Shown piece after piece: positions 62,426 through 64,000 of a stretch of DNA of 64,000 nt. Position 1 is the first letter of the stretch, and each line of letters begins with the position of its first letter. This DNA is from Octopus sinensis (Eukaryota), in NCBI RefSeq assembly GCF_006345805.1, contig NC_043007.1, positions 52,638,001 to 52,702,000 on the forward strand. The letters are read 5' to 3'. Position numbers and translations under genes: made by a program. The notes below the pieces were generated by a model that saw only the letters and a list, made by a program, of their open reading frames with translations, did no database searches and was not told the origin of the DNA.

Positions 62426-62455
62426 TATAGATATATATATATATATATATATATA

Positions 62456-62485
62456 CTAGCGGAGATACTCGGCATTGCTCAGGAT
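62456..62485 (-). mobile_element. Helitron-type 3' terminus
   Basis: Minus strand CCTGAGCAATGCCGAG...CCGCTAG|T, similar to the plus-strand termini. Confidence 0.55.
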
Positions 62486-64000
62486 TAAAATGGCATAGTT
62501 TTTTATTGTTTTACTTGTTTTGATCATGTGACTGTGGCCATGTGGGATCACTGCCTTTAGTTGAAGAAATTGATCCTAGGATTTATTCTTTGTAAGCCTA
62601 GTACTTATTCTCTCAGTTTATTTTGCCAAATGGCTAAGTTTATCATCATCATCCAAGTCAGGTGTCACAAAAATATTAATAGCAACAACAACTTCAAACA
62701 GCAACAATAATTACAACAGTAATGGATGAAATCAGTAATAATCTGCTGTAATGAACTCCACCCTGCCACCTTATTAAGAAGCAGGGTGTATTTCAGATCA
62801 AGTCTCCTGTCATGTAATCCAAGGGCAACAGGTATGATAGTAGTACAGCTGCTGGTAGTAGTTGTAGCAGTGTATTGGTTACAGTAGTAGTAGTAGTAGT
62901 CGTGTAGTAGAGATAATTGTAATAATATCAGTGGTATGATAGTTATTGTTGCTTTTTGGCAACAATAACTATGAGTTCTGAATGATGCATTGTTTGACCC
63001 ACTAAGGATAGCAGCCAGATCTCCCTCAAACCATGCCATGAAAAAGAAAGGACACACTGGATAATGTAATCTTAGTTATACTATGCCTAAAAAAAGATCT
63101 GGATTACAGCTGACCTGAGGATAAATGACATCATAAGAGAGGTGACATAAGGAGTCAAAACGATCCACCAAATAACACTCTATTTAAAAGATTTATGATG
63201 AGGATGAAGCTTCTTGTCCAGTATCCTCTTCATTTAGTTTCACATAAAAAGCAATTATATCAGTTACGTTATGTCACTTCCTAGGTGGAAGTGATAGACA
63301 GTTCAGCTAGATAGTTCAGAGGAATTGAAGCCTTTGTAGTAGAGTAGGAAATCAGTGTGAAATGTTTCAGAATTAGTCTAGAATATTTGTATGTGTGACA
63401 CAAATAGCACTTCATAAACAGCTTATTTATATATTTATTTTGCTCAAAAAGTGTAAAACACATCATGTAGGACTACCTTGAAGGTTTACTTGCTTGTTCT
63501 TCAACACAAGAAGGGATGAGGATTAGGATCCTTTCCTTGATATGAGTGTGCCTCTATGCTGTGAAAGAGACTAAATTGTTACATCGCCCTTGAAAGATGT
63601 TTGAAGGCCTTTGCAGAGAGGATGTGTGGATTTGACAAGTAGTGTCTACCTTGCATGTGGATTGTGCTTGTGAATCTTTCCTTATCAGGAAGGACAGAAT
63701 CCACAATCCTTTACAAGGCCTCCAAGACAGGTGTATAGTGGATGGTTAAGGGTAAATAAAGTGTGGTATCATCTTCATAAGTGTGAGCATAGTTAGAAGT
63801 GGCAACAAGTAGACTATTAATGAGATTTTGCAAAGACGAAAGTTACCTTTAGGACAAAGTGTTCGAGGGTCTTGGAAAAGATGCAGACAAGATGATTTGA
63901 AAGGACTAAAATCATTTTCAGTTGCCACATATGTGCTAGTAGACTGGAGGAAAAATATTTGAGTGTGTTCAGTGGGAAGTGGGAAGGAAAGTGGGTGGGA

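Overview
Eukaryotic, AT-rich, microsatellite-dense animal DNA. The SINE/RTE repeat families look like those of an octopod cephalopod; this is my recognition from memory and is not verified. There is one 100-N assembly gap at 29457-29556. The only clear host gene is an intronless orphan class A GPCR (53613-54851, +) in a comparatively repeat-poor stretch. The rest is mostly degraded, nested mobile DNA: Penelope-like elements (PLEs) of at least three lineages, RTE, CR1 and Tx1/L1 LINEs, a Gypsy remnant, mariner and Tc1 transposons, MITEs, tRNA-derived SINEs, and a ~18 kb zone rich in head-to-tail non-autonomous Helitron-type modules. Reading by eye found about ten type-I hammerhead ribozyme (HHR) or HHR-like motifs that the ORF track does not show. 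The strongest candidate for an undescribed system is at 22158-27788: a non-coding ~320-360 bp retrozyme-like monomer whose HHR has a compensatory U3-A8 core (UUGAUAA). It is integrated as a circularly permuted multimer with a 5' inversion and a 9-bp TSD inside a mariner, and a full-length Tx1 LINE has inserted about 17 nt upstream of its ribozyme. All RNA structures and family assignments are by eye, with no computation, and most element boundaries are approximate.
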